From: Tubiluchus corallicola
Taxonomy: Eukaryota; Animalia; Priapulida
Assembly: GCA_030141605.1 (NCBI GenBank)
Contig: JAQGDQ010000665.1
Coordinates: 1 to 64,000 of the forward strand
Direction of reading: 5' to 3'
DNA: 64,000 nt
Shown here: in pieces, positions 44,061 to 56,800 of the stretch
Layout: each line of letters starts with the position of its first letter
Position numbering within the stretch: position 1 is the first letter of the stretch
The notes under the pieces: generated by a model
Database searches by the model: none
What the model saw: only the letters and a program-made list of their open reading frames with translations
Told to the model about the DNA's origin: nothing
Program-made: the position numbers and the translations under genes

Positions 44061-47000
44061 CTGTAAATTTAAACGATTTTGTCAGTTTTTATATGCTAAA
44101 TCAAATTTGTTCTCAAGTATAGCTCTGACAACAAAAATACTACGTACATATTAAAAGAAAATGCATAAAAACAAAAACATTTTTCAGTTTCTACATTAAA
44201 TTTGATTACACAGCTCTACACATATCTGCATTCGTACATTATACTTAATATTTATCACAGAAGATTCAGCAATTCAATGAATAACATGCTTGATATACGT
44301 CACAGATGAAAAAGCAAGATTCACTCTTCACACCTAATGCTTATCATGGAAAGATTCAGCAATAACTTAACAACAACTTACATCACAGCAACATAGCAAT
44401 AGCTTACATCACAGCAATATAACAATAACTTACATCACAGCAACGTAACAATAACTTACATCACAGTAACGTAACAATAACTTACACCACAGCAACGTAA
44501 CAATAACTTACATCACAGCAACGTAACAATAACTTACACCACAGCAACGTAGCAATAACTTACGTCACAACAACGTAACAATAACTTACATCACAACAAC
44601 GTAACAATAACTTACACCACAGCAACGTAACAATAACTTACATCACAGCAACGTAACAATAACTTACATCACAGCAACGTAACAATAACTTACATCACAG
44701 CAATGTAACAATAACTTACATCACAGCAACGTAACAATAACTTACACCACAGCAACATAACAATAACTTACATCACAGCAACGTAACAATAACTTACACC
44801 ACAGCAACGTAACAATAACTTACATCACAGCAACGTAACAATAACTTACACCACAGCAACGTAACAATAACTTACATCACAGCAACGTAACAATAACTTA
44901 CACCACAGCAACGTAACAATAACTTACACCACAGCAACGTAACAATAACTTACACCACAGCAACGTAGCAATAACTTACGTCACAACAACGTAACAATAA
45001 CTTACATCACAACAACGTAACAATAACTTACACCACAGCAACGTAACAATAACTTACATCACAGCAACGTAACAATAACTTACATCACAGCAACGTAACA
45101 ATAACTTACATCACAGCAATGTAACAATAACTTACATCACAGCAACGTAACAATAACTTACATCACAACGACGTAACAATAACTTACATCACAGCAACGT
45201 AACAATAACTTACATCACAGCAACGTAACAATAACTTACATCACAACGACGTAACAATAACTTACACCACAGCAACGTAACAATAACTTACATCACAGCA
45301 ACGTAACAATAACTTACATCACAGCAACGTGACAATAACTTACACCACAGCAACGTAACAATAACTTACACCACAGCAACGTAGCAATAACTTATGTCAA
45401 AACAAAGTAACAATAACTTACATCACAACAACGTAACAATAACTTACGTCACAATGACATGGCAATAACTACGACATAGAAGAGTAAGCAAGATTCATGT
45501 GTAAAATTCACCACAAATGAATCACCAAGATTCGCACTTCACATTTAATGCAGAACAATCCGCAGATTCATAACTGATACTTACCACACAAGAATAAACA
45601 ACATTCCTACCTAATATTTCTTACAGAAGAATCAGTAAGATTCACACCTAATACATATCAAAGAAGAATCAATAAGATTCATGCTAGTATTTGTCATAGA
45701 AAAATCAGCAAAATCCACCGTTAGCATTAATCATAAAAAATCAATAAGATTTGCACCTAATATTTATCACAGAAGACATCATTTTACTGCAGAGATTTCT
45801 GGCTTCCGCTGCGGTTTGCTGAAGCTGAAGCCATGCGGCTTTGTTTTCCATCACACACTCCTCCACGACGCTGCGCAGTTCTCTCTCTTGTATGACTTGC
45901 TGTTTGGCTACGTCTGCTTGTGAACAAGCCTAAAACAGGTATGAGAATGACAAATTGCAAAAAACTCTAAAACAGGCCGGGGTTTGGGTGGCTGCCTAGG
46001 CAGCAACAAATTGCAATTTTGTGACCATAGAGAGCCTCTAAGTAGACTTAAAATATCAATTACCTTGTTTCATGCATAACTTAAAATACCCAACTATCAA
46101 GGATACATGATACCTAATTGTCTCAAAAATACCTAAATACTGGCCGCTCCAATGCAAAAGTATATAAAAACTGTCTGCAATTGACTCAAATAACTCCACA
46201 CAATTGATTCTATATTTTTATACATAGAGATATACACGTGGTTACACTGATGTACGTGATGTAAACAAAGTGACGGCCTGCCAACTAGCGGTCAGCTTGT
46301 GAAATGATGTACTGGGTCCGTAAAAATTTTCTCAACGAATTTACGCGATCTACAAAAATGGCACCACTGGTCTTCCAAAAACTCGAAATTCCGCATATCT
46401 GCGGAAAACTCTCATCCCTGGACTAAAAGTAAATAAATAAATGTAATGTAACAATTTTACTGATCATATATGCTTCCATTTCTGAATCAGGTCTGAAACC
46501 AAGTACAGCAGGTCCTCGCTTAACGACACCCCGTTTAGGGACTTTTCGTTTTAACGACGCTGAACATTTGACATCCTTTCACTTAACAACACACTGTTTC
46601 GTTTTAATGACGAATTTCACTTTGTTCTAAGCCAATTTTTATTTTATCAACAACTTTGTTTAACTTCTCAGGAAATAATTCAGCTATTCTCGCTGGACCT
46701 TAGTTATATTACGTACATATAAAGACTAGTGGAGTCGATACCTGATGTAGCTGTATTGCCATTTCCTGCATCTCCACCTCTAGTTTGTCAGCGTATGCTT
46801 CTTCAAGACTGTTGAGATTAAACGGAGCGTGACTGTGCCATCGAGCTATTGCTGATGTCATCTTCCGTCGAGGACCAAACAGGCTGTTAAAAACGCGAAA
46901 ACTTAAAGGTCAAATTTATCGTAAAAATAGGTTTTCTTTAATAAAAGAGCTGGCCGTAACTGAGAATTTAACACTAATTTTATTAAATTTCATGGCTTCC

Positions 47001-47745
47001 TTCCTGAATGAAATGGAGCCGCGAAGTTCCACCCCCCGCCAACATTTTGTTCAGTCTTGCAAATGAAACTTCGGAATATCGCAGGCTAAACAAATGCGCT
47101 TGCAATGGTTTCCTTGGATACCGCATTGTTTCTATGATGCTGAATTTGTAAACAATGCTACACAGTGAAATGTGTCGTGTGATATGTGATAACCAAACGC
47201 AAACACTGCTGCAACTACGGACTAATGAGTTCCTGGTAATCATTTAACAAGTAAAATGCACAAAATGAAGTTTCAGACTTTCTTTTCAAATGACACTTTG
47301 ACAGCAGATACAACCGACGCTACGTAACAAGAGCTACTATGTAAATTAACTTTTTGTGTAATACAGAAAAACAACAAATAATCTTATGACTGTATAAATA
47401 TGACAGTGAACAGATTTTGGACAGAAATTGGATTTGACCAGACGGTTTAGTCTAGTTGTAATGCATCTGCTTTCCGTTTTGGAGGTCGTGAGTTGAATCA
47501 GCGGCCGGATCATACCAAATACTTTAAAAATGGTACCTGCTGTTGCCCTGCCAGATGTGTGGTATTTAGGGTAAAAGTGGAGTAATAATAGTAACTGTTA
47601 TGTAGTTGTAGGTTGTTATTTACAGTCGGCGATAATAGCTCTTTGAGCTAATGTAAATTGTTGAAACAAAAGCCGACTTTAAATAAAGATTAGTATTATC
47701 TATATATTAATATTAGTATTACTATTATTATTATTATTATTACTA

Positions 47746-47817
<72 letters not shown>

Positions 47818-50800
47818 GATGATGATGATTAATAGTGGTGGTCATTAACAATTAATTTAATTATTGTTTAAACATCCATTACTAACTGGAATGAAAATTT
47901 CACTTTATCACTGAACAATTGAGCAATGAGCCCAGAAGAAAACAGCAATTTTTTGCAATAACTTCATTGTGATTGTAATTGCGATTACTTAAGATTTCCG
48001 GTATTGCCCAACACTGTTGAAAAATTTCATACTAGTTCTTCATTCCTAGAACAACGACTAACAATTATTAGCGTAAGATAATGATAAAAAGTACATCGTT
48101 TAAGATGGTTAGTCAATCAATACACACCTGATGCCAACTTCTTTCAAATCATTCTCCGTGAGTGTGAGAAAAACTCGCAAATCAATATCTTGCTCAACCA
48201 ACAAGCTGAGATACTTGCGCAAGCCGATCTGATTGAGAAATTCTCCTAAATCGTGCGGGCGTCGAGCGTGCAGTACCGCGGGTCCCTGCAATCCGCCCGC
48301 CTTGTGCGGATACGGCTGGAAAGGTAACATCTGTTAGAATGCAAATGACTTATTCTAAAAACACGTGAAATACAGTCGCTAAGAAAGTGACAAGTGAGAT
48401 TATTGATCAAAATTTGGCTTCTGAGCAATCGAGTATAGAAATCCACTTTTGAGGAACAATGGAAAAATTCGATTTAGCATAAATATATTATATTATATTA
48501 TATATTAAACCGAGATATGAGTGTATATAATATCGTGATGATGTTTTTTTTTGCTATATAACTAGAGGATATGATCTAATGGCAATGAACGTTATCTTGA
48601 TTCCTTCCAAGATTTTCACATTTTCCAGCAGTTAATCAAGTTTCATTGCAAGTATTAAACAATTGTGGGTTTATTTCATTATTCCGTACATCAACGTATG
48701 CATTGCCCTTTCAAATTCGTACTCTATCGTCTGCTCCCATATTAATCTTACTTCTCTGAATGATTCAACTTTCGTTATTTCCATCCTTCACACGGTCAGT
48801 CTTTAGGTGGGACCACGGTTAATATTTTAGCTCTTGTATTTCAGCGAGAATGCGGCATTCTTCAATGTATTATAGTGTAGCATCAATCACTCTTGCTGTT
48901 TTGATGCATTTTCAGGGACAGTTTTAAGGGGAAGAAAAGGCAATCTTAAAGTACGTCCTAAACACTTTCTATACAAAAGTTTGCGTTACGCTTATCTGTT
49001 TACAAAACGTGTGTAACTTGAAAAAAATCTTACTAATTTCAAATGTCCTTGTTATCGAGCAAAATATCACTGACTCACCACCACAAAGTGCACAATTGAT
49101 TCAGCAAATAAACACATTATTGATTTTCCTGACAATATAAAGTAATTTAAACTTTTGCTTAGTTATCAAAGAGCATGCTATGAATTCTCTGATTACTATT
49201 TCAAACTTTACTCAGTGTCATCCAAACTTGTTTCAAATGACTTAATGTTAAAATGGCTGTGCGTAACGAGCATCGTGGACAGAATTTGAAATTTACAAGT
49301 TTTATACAGCGTTACTGCTAATGCAAGCCCTGCATGCAATAAAACAGTACGTCAGTGATGCAAAATTTCAAGACGAATTTTTAAGCTTTACTAACGAAAG
49401 GTATTTTCTTGTCCTTTAATTTCTTATTTAAGCCACTTAAGCCATTTACAGTTTAACAATGCCAATGTGATAAGCTAAGTTTCTGCATTGTGGAATCCAG
49501 CATTCACTGATGTTATAACTGATGAGCAGGTATGGCGGGACAGGAATCTTGCTCATTAACAAAATTAAACCTCTAAGACGAACCACCAAATATGCAGAGA
49601 TGTCTCAGCCATGTTTGAATGTAAATATGTCCTCCCTGAATCAGATAAATAGCAAGAAACTTCCCAGAGTAAGAACTGAACCCGGAGATCACCCACTCAT
49701 TTACTCAGCAGGCTCCGCGTTGCGTAACTTCAGATGCTAAGCATGCACTGTTGTCTGGTTTTCAACTCACAACAACCAAATTGCTGATATCACTCTCTAA
49801 GATTTACCTCACTGTAACGTAACGATGACTACAGCAAAAGAGGAGTGATGCTTACCCTAGGTGAAGGGGAGGTATTTTCTTCTTCGCTGCTCTGAACGCC
49901 GAGAGCTGCTGCCACGAGGCTGCCACTGCTGCCGGATCCACTCTTGATGGTTACGGCTCCAGGTTGTACGAAAGCGTTATCACTTGCTTCAGCATCACCT
50001 GTAAAGTAAAACAACACAAATGCCATCTAGCAATAATCTGCGAAACTATGAAACGATATAGAAAAGGTAACATTAGTAGTCAGTGTACTACACTGCTAGA
50101 TCGCTTCGTACATTCCAAGATACAGAACAGGCACTTATGAATCCAGTTTATTCTCTCGGGTCTCTTATCTGTGAAATTATTTATTAAAAGTTATTTCGCT
50201 GTCAAATACAACTTCACTCGATTTAACAAAAATGTCAAAAGGTACCGTCCATCATTAGCAAACTATTTACGGGACATTCGATTTTTCTGGACCCATACTC
50301 ATATTTGAATCTTTCTACTTCGCAGGTCAACTTGGGAACTGTCTCGCACACCCACGACAAAAAAAATGCTCGGACTTCGGGCACTTCATTTGGCAGCATG
50401 GAGAAATTTCCAGATTTCCTTTCACGAAAAACATTTTATTTTTTTCGTCAGTCCCCCAGCCCCCCGGCTCGTATGCTCTGTACCGTAGTACTACCTAACG
50501 TAATCTGGAACTGTTTAATCGGTTAATGAAGTATTGTTATATTTGCATTAACGTACCTCGGGTACCATTGTCGAGACCACTACCAATGTGCACAGGACGT
50601 GGCTGAGCCAACACGCTTCCTTTATCGGCACCTTGAAATGTGACGTAACCACTAGGTACTAATGACGGCATGTCACCCGGTCCCAACACGCAGTGGGTCA
50701 CAGGTTGTTTTTGCACTTTATTTTTCTCAATCAGCTGCTCGATGACGGCAGGACCATCCCGCACACTAGGCGTACCTAAAGCATTACACAAGCTTTACAA

Positions 50801-53800
50801 AACTGCAGGACCATCCCGCACGCTAGGCGTACCTAAAGTATTACAGAAGATTTATAAAACTGCAGGACCATCCTGCGCACTAGGCGTACCTAAAGCATTA
50901 CACAAGCTTTACAAAACTGCAGGACCATCCCGCACGCTAGGCATACCTAAAGTAGTACAGAAGATTTACAAAACTGCAGGACCATCCCGCACACTAGGCG
51001 TACCTAAAGCATTACAAAAGCTTCACAAAACTGCAGTACCATCCCGCACGCTAGGCATATCTGAAGCATTACAAAAGCTTTACAAAACTGCAGGACCATC
51101 CTGCACGCTAGCCGTACCTACAGCATTACAAAAGTTTTAAAAAACTGCAGGACCATCCTGCACGCTAGCCGTACCTAAAGCATTACAAAAGTTTTAAAAA
51201 ACTGCAGGACCATCCCGCACTCTAGGCCTATCTGAAGCATTACAAAAGTTTTCAAAAACTGCAGGACCATCCTGGACGCTAGCCGTACCTAAAGCATTAC
51301 AAAAGTTTTAAAAAACTGCAGGACCATCCCGCACTCTAGGCCTATTTGAAGCATTACAAAAGTTTTAAAAAACTGCAGGACCATCCCGCACTCTAGGCCT
51401 GTCTGAAGCATTACAAAAGTTTTAAAAAACTGCAGGACCATCCTGCACGCTAGGCGTACCTAAAGCATTACAAAAGTTTTAAAAAACTGCAGGACCATCC
51501 TGCACGCTAGGCGTACCTAAAGCATTACAAAAGTTTTAAAAAACTGCAGGACCATCCTGCACGCTAGGCGTACCTAAAGCATTACAAAAGTTTTAAAAAA
51601 CTGCAGGACCATCCTGCACGCTAGGCGTACCTAAAGCATTACAAAAGTTTTAAAAAACTGCAGGACCATCCTGCACGCTAGGCGTACCTAAAGCATTACA
51701 AAAGTTTTAAAAAACTGCAGGACCATCCTGCACGCTAGGCGTACCTAAAGCATTACAAAAGTTTTAAAAAACTGCAGGACCATCCTGCACGCTAGGCGTA
51801 CCTAAAGCATTACAAAAGTTTTAAAAAACTGCAGGACCATCCCACACGCTGGGCGTATCTGAAGCATTACAAAAGTTTTACAAAACTGCAGGACCATCCC
51901 GCACGCTAGGCGTACCTAAAGCATTACAAAGGCTTTACAAAACTTCCCTCTTTTTTCTGTTTTTTACATTTTTTGTTCTTAAAAAAATTTCTGTTAGGAT
52001 GACAAGCTGTGAGTGACGCAAGTACCAAAAAATGTGATGACTTAAAAAACGAATGCAGGTCTTTTCATACTTGTTCGCACATATGAAATAAAATGGAATG
52101 AAATAATATTTCACAAAAACCATTCAAAATCACACAGCTTTGAACCAGCCACACAGGTTTAACTTCACTAACCTTTGTGCTTCGACCTGGACCCCCTGGG
52201 GCTGTGCCGTGGTGGCTTATGGTGAGAATGCTGCCTGTATCCCTCATCAGAGGAGCTGACATCTATCTTGCCAGGGTGTAAACCTAAAACAGATGTCCAC
52301 ACTTTAAAACTGCTTCACTGTGCTTTATTTTAAGTTACTATCGCGAGATCTGCAGAAAATTATGTAAAAACGATAAGAAAAATGCGTGTACTTATACAAA
52401 TTAAATAATTTTAAAAATTTGAAACATTTTCCTAATTCTTTTCAACTTTCTAAGTAATTCATTTTATGTTGCTGCTTTGTAGTAATACTGGAACCTAGCT
52501 CATTACTAAGCCTTAAACAATAACTTATACAGGACAACGTAGCAATAACTTACATCACAGCAACGTAACAATAACTTACATCACAGCAACGTAACAATAA
52601 CTTACATCACAGCAACGTAACAATAACGTACATCACAGCAACGTAACAATAACTTACATCACAACGACGTAACAATAACTTACATCACAGCAACGTAACA
52701 ATAACGTACATCACAGCAACGTAACAATAACTTACATCACAGCAACGTAACAATAACTTACATCACAACGACGTAACAATAACTTACATCACAACGACGT
52801 AGCAATAACTTATGTCACAACCACGCAGCAATAACTTATAGCACCACAAAGCAGTGATAACCTACATCACAATAACGTAACGCTAATTTACGTCACAATG
52901 ACACAGCAATAACTTACGTCACATGGACACAGCAATCATTTATGACAAAACGACATAGCAATAACTTACGTCACAACAATGCAGCAATCATTTATGACAA
53001 AATGACATAGCAATAACTTACGTCACAGCAACGTAGCAATAACTTACATCAGAACAACGTAGCAATAACTTACGTCACAATAATGCAACAATAACTTACG
53101 TCAGAACAACGTAGCAATAACTTACGTCACAATAATGCAACAATAACTTACGTCACAACAAAGCAGCGATAACCTACATCACAGTAATGTAACAATAACT
53201 TACGTCACAATGACATAGCAATAAGTTAAGTCACGACAACGTACCTGCTTCGCTCCTCAGAGGTAACCCTCTACTCTGCTTGTAGTTGTCGATTAGCGTC
53301 ACAACTTTGTAACAATAACTTATGTCACGATGACATAGCAATAAGTTAAGTCACGACAACGTAGCAATACCTAACGTCACAACAACATACCTGCTTCGCT
53401 CCTCAGAGGTAACCCTCTACTCTGCTCGTAGTTGTCGATTAGTGTCACAACTTTAGTGTGATGGTTCAACAGTGCTAACGACCGTGCGGTATCACCCAGG
53501 ACAGTTTTGGCATTGACATCCACCCCCTAGAGAAAGTTACGAACAAACTGAGTTCAATCACCACTTCAGGTATAAGACAGACTCAGAATCAGTATACTTT
53601 TATTTGGGTTCAACATAATCACTGGATGGTTCGTAATAATATTCAACAAAATTCAGAGAAGGACAGGATGAAGAACATAAAATGCATATTTTAAGGATGA
53701 TGTCTTCCTTGTTCATCTCACATGTCAGCTCAATTCTAAACTTCATTTTTTATTTATTTTATAACGAAAACACCAAACAACAATACAATATAGCAAAACA

Positions 53801-56800
53801 CAAAATGATAACACGGTAGAAATAGTTACATTAATTTCATAATAAAAACGACATGGCATGATATCTATACAAACTGTTGCTCGCATTATAGTCAGAAGCA
53901 TTACTTGTGTGACTATAATGCAATTAATGGTGCTGGTGTTAGGGTGCAAAAAGGGAAGGTAAAAAATGATGCGAATGATAGTGGAGAGTGCAGGAGGTGG
54001 GAAGTAGTAGGATTAGGTTAGTGAAATGATGTGAGTGAGAATGAATATGAGAATGCTATTAGGACATCGCAAAAATATAATAATAATATTTATGAACAGA
54101 AGTACACTATGGGCCAGTCTGTCGCTTACCGTGAATCTGAACATGTGTCACATACTGTACAAGCTTAATCTTTAATATGAATATAAGAATGAATGTTTCA
54201 AACTTTTCTCGAATCTTTTTGACACCAATATCAGCATGATATATGCTACCATGCAGCAGAATAATTGTAGTTTTAGCAGATTGCATTTACTAGACATGCG
54301 GAATGCATTAAATATTCTTGTATAAAAATCACTCCATTCTGTCTTCAGTGAACTTGTTTACCAGACCTGAATTATTGCATCATTTTTTCGGCAGCTATTT
54401 TTTATTGATTTTTTTATACACAGCTAGATAAGCAATAATGCAAAACACATTCCGGATGTCTGGTAACAGCCACTTGTATGCACAGAATAGCAAATTTATG
54501 CCTTGATCACACATTAATAATCAATAACGAGCACCCCTTTCATGTAGTGTCCCCTAATCATTGGCCGACTCCAATGTGTCGCCTCAACTATCCAGGGAGC
54601 AAATGTACAACCCTGGCAGCTGATTACAGGCAATATGTAATGCTCAAAGCGTAATGTGCTGGTGATTTCATTCCCAGCCCATCCAAGGTACGCTTTACCT
54701 CTAGGAGCAGACAGGGGCATTGAAGAAGTGACATGAATTAGCCAGATCCTTTGCTCAAGAAATGGTACATGATTATAGGAGCCAAAATAAGAATGGAACA
54801 GGCAACTCTTGATTCACAAGTAAAGTACGTAAACCACCGAACTGATTGGCTCGAGTTTAAAGATATGACAGACAACATGACAGAACGCTAAGTATCCATT
54901 GCTGCAAAGTTATTATTCTTTATACGAACACAGAATGGAAAGGCTTATTCACTGTTGGCTGGACTGGCATCTAGCTAGTTATCAAACATAATCCTCTAAC
55001 ACAAAACAATGGACGGATCAAAACGTCCGGTGCCAAATTCGGATCTCAGTTAGGGATCAGTACAGTAACCAAAACTGCCGACTGAGCATTGAATCTAATA
55101 GTCACCAATGCAAACAAAAACTAGCTTTGGTGTTGCTTAACTTTGCTTCACCATGACCACTCGGCTACATCCTAACAAAATTAAATGACAATAATAATAG
55201 TGTCTGCTTACACGATGTAGAAAATATTGCACAATAATTTCGTGTCCTTCGGCAGCTGCCATGATGAACGGCGTCAAACCTTGATGAGGCTCCCTGTAAT
55301 TAAGATGCAGGTTACTAAATCCAAACTTCAATAAAAACAATATTAGGAAGCGGAACTAACAATTTTGTTACCAATCTTTCACCATAAGTGTGTACTACAT
55401 CAGAACTGAACTGAAAGGTACAGCGCCCGCCTATTTTCCATGCAATGCATTTCTGAGATAAAGGCCTTGCATCCATATATATATATGAACTGAAAGGTAC
55501 AGCACCTATTTTCCATGCAATGCATTTCTGAGATAAATGCCTTGCATCATATATATCATATATGCATCATATATGGATGCAATGCCTTTATCTCAGAAAT
55601 GCGTTGCATGGAAAATAGGCGCTGTACCCTTCAGTTCAATTCTATAGAAACTATATATAAATATAGTTTATTAGTTCCACGTATTACATACATGTTGAAC
55701 AATATCAAAACTTTATAACAGTATCAAGGCTTAAACAATGTAGATGGGAGCTTAAAAAGTGAGAATACTTGTGCAAAGTACCAGGAGTCTGCGGAAAAAG
55801 AAAAAAAGATAAAAATACTGAAAGTACAGATGTAATGTTTCCTATTAGCAGATTATGTATTTTCATATGCAACACCTGGCAATAATTATTTTTCTTGAGG
55901 AAATTTAACATTTAATATTTTTTGCTATAATCTTGTGCATAATTTCTTGCAATTATGTTGTTTATAATTATAACTAGTTCCTAACATAAATGATATGTAC
56001 ATAAGATTAGTAAAACTGGTTTACCTAGACTCATACATGTTTAAGGTTTACACACTCAGGTGTTCAGATCCGTCTTACGGTGCATTCAGCGCAACTAGCG
56101 AGTTTTCTTGTCAAGTTAACATGCCGAGTAACTAGCAAGTGTGTTCAGACATACCGAGTAACTAGCAAGTGTTCAGACATGTCGAGTAATTAGCAAGTGT
56201 GTTCAGACTAAAGAGCAAAACATGATGCAAGTTACTCTCCAACAAAAAGTGAAACCTGAAACTTATTCCTCTGTTCACTGCGAAAAGTGTCAAGAGTAAC
56301 TCGTCGAGGCGTTCACACTAGACAGTAAATCAACTCGCAGTAACTGTCAGAGAGCTCGCAATAACTTGCCAACAGTAACACGCAAAGCAGTTCACAGTTT
56401 GCTGTGAGAGAGAGAACTCGCAGCAGAATGTGCCGTCAGACTGGAACATTTTTCTTTCTCAAGCTACAATTCAACAGCCTAAACGTTTTACATACTGCTC
56501 TGCATAAGCAGACAAGTTTATTGTACCTATTACACATACGTACGTACGTATTATGTACATATTACACGTATGTACGTATGTATTATGTACGTATTACACG
56601 TACGTACGTATGTATTATGTACGTATTACACGTATGTATTATGTATGTATTACACGTATGTACGTATGTATTATGTACGTATTACACGTACGTACGTATT
56701 ATGTACCTATTAGACATACGTATGTACGTATCATGTACGTATTACACATACGTACGTATGTATTATGTACGTATTACACATACGTACGTACGTATTACAC

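Noticed and set aside
49520-49760. Possible extra ANKS3 exon between exons 8 and 9
   Set aside because: Candidate acceptors lead to stops or wrong phase, and exons 8 and 9 already join in phase 0.
50670-51140. 156-aa plus-strand repetitive ORF
   Set aside because: Antisense translation of the 57-bp acceptor array.
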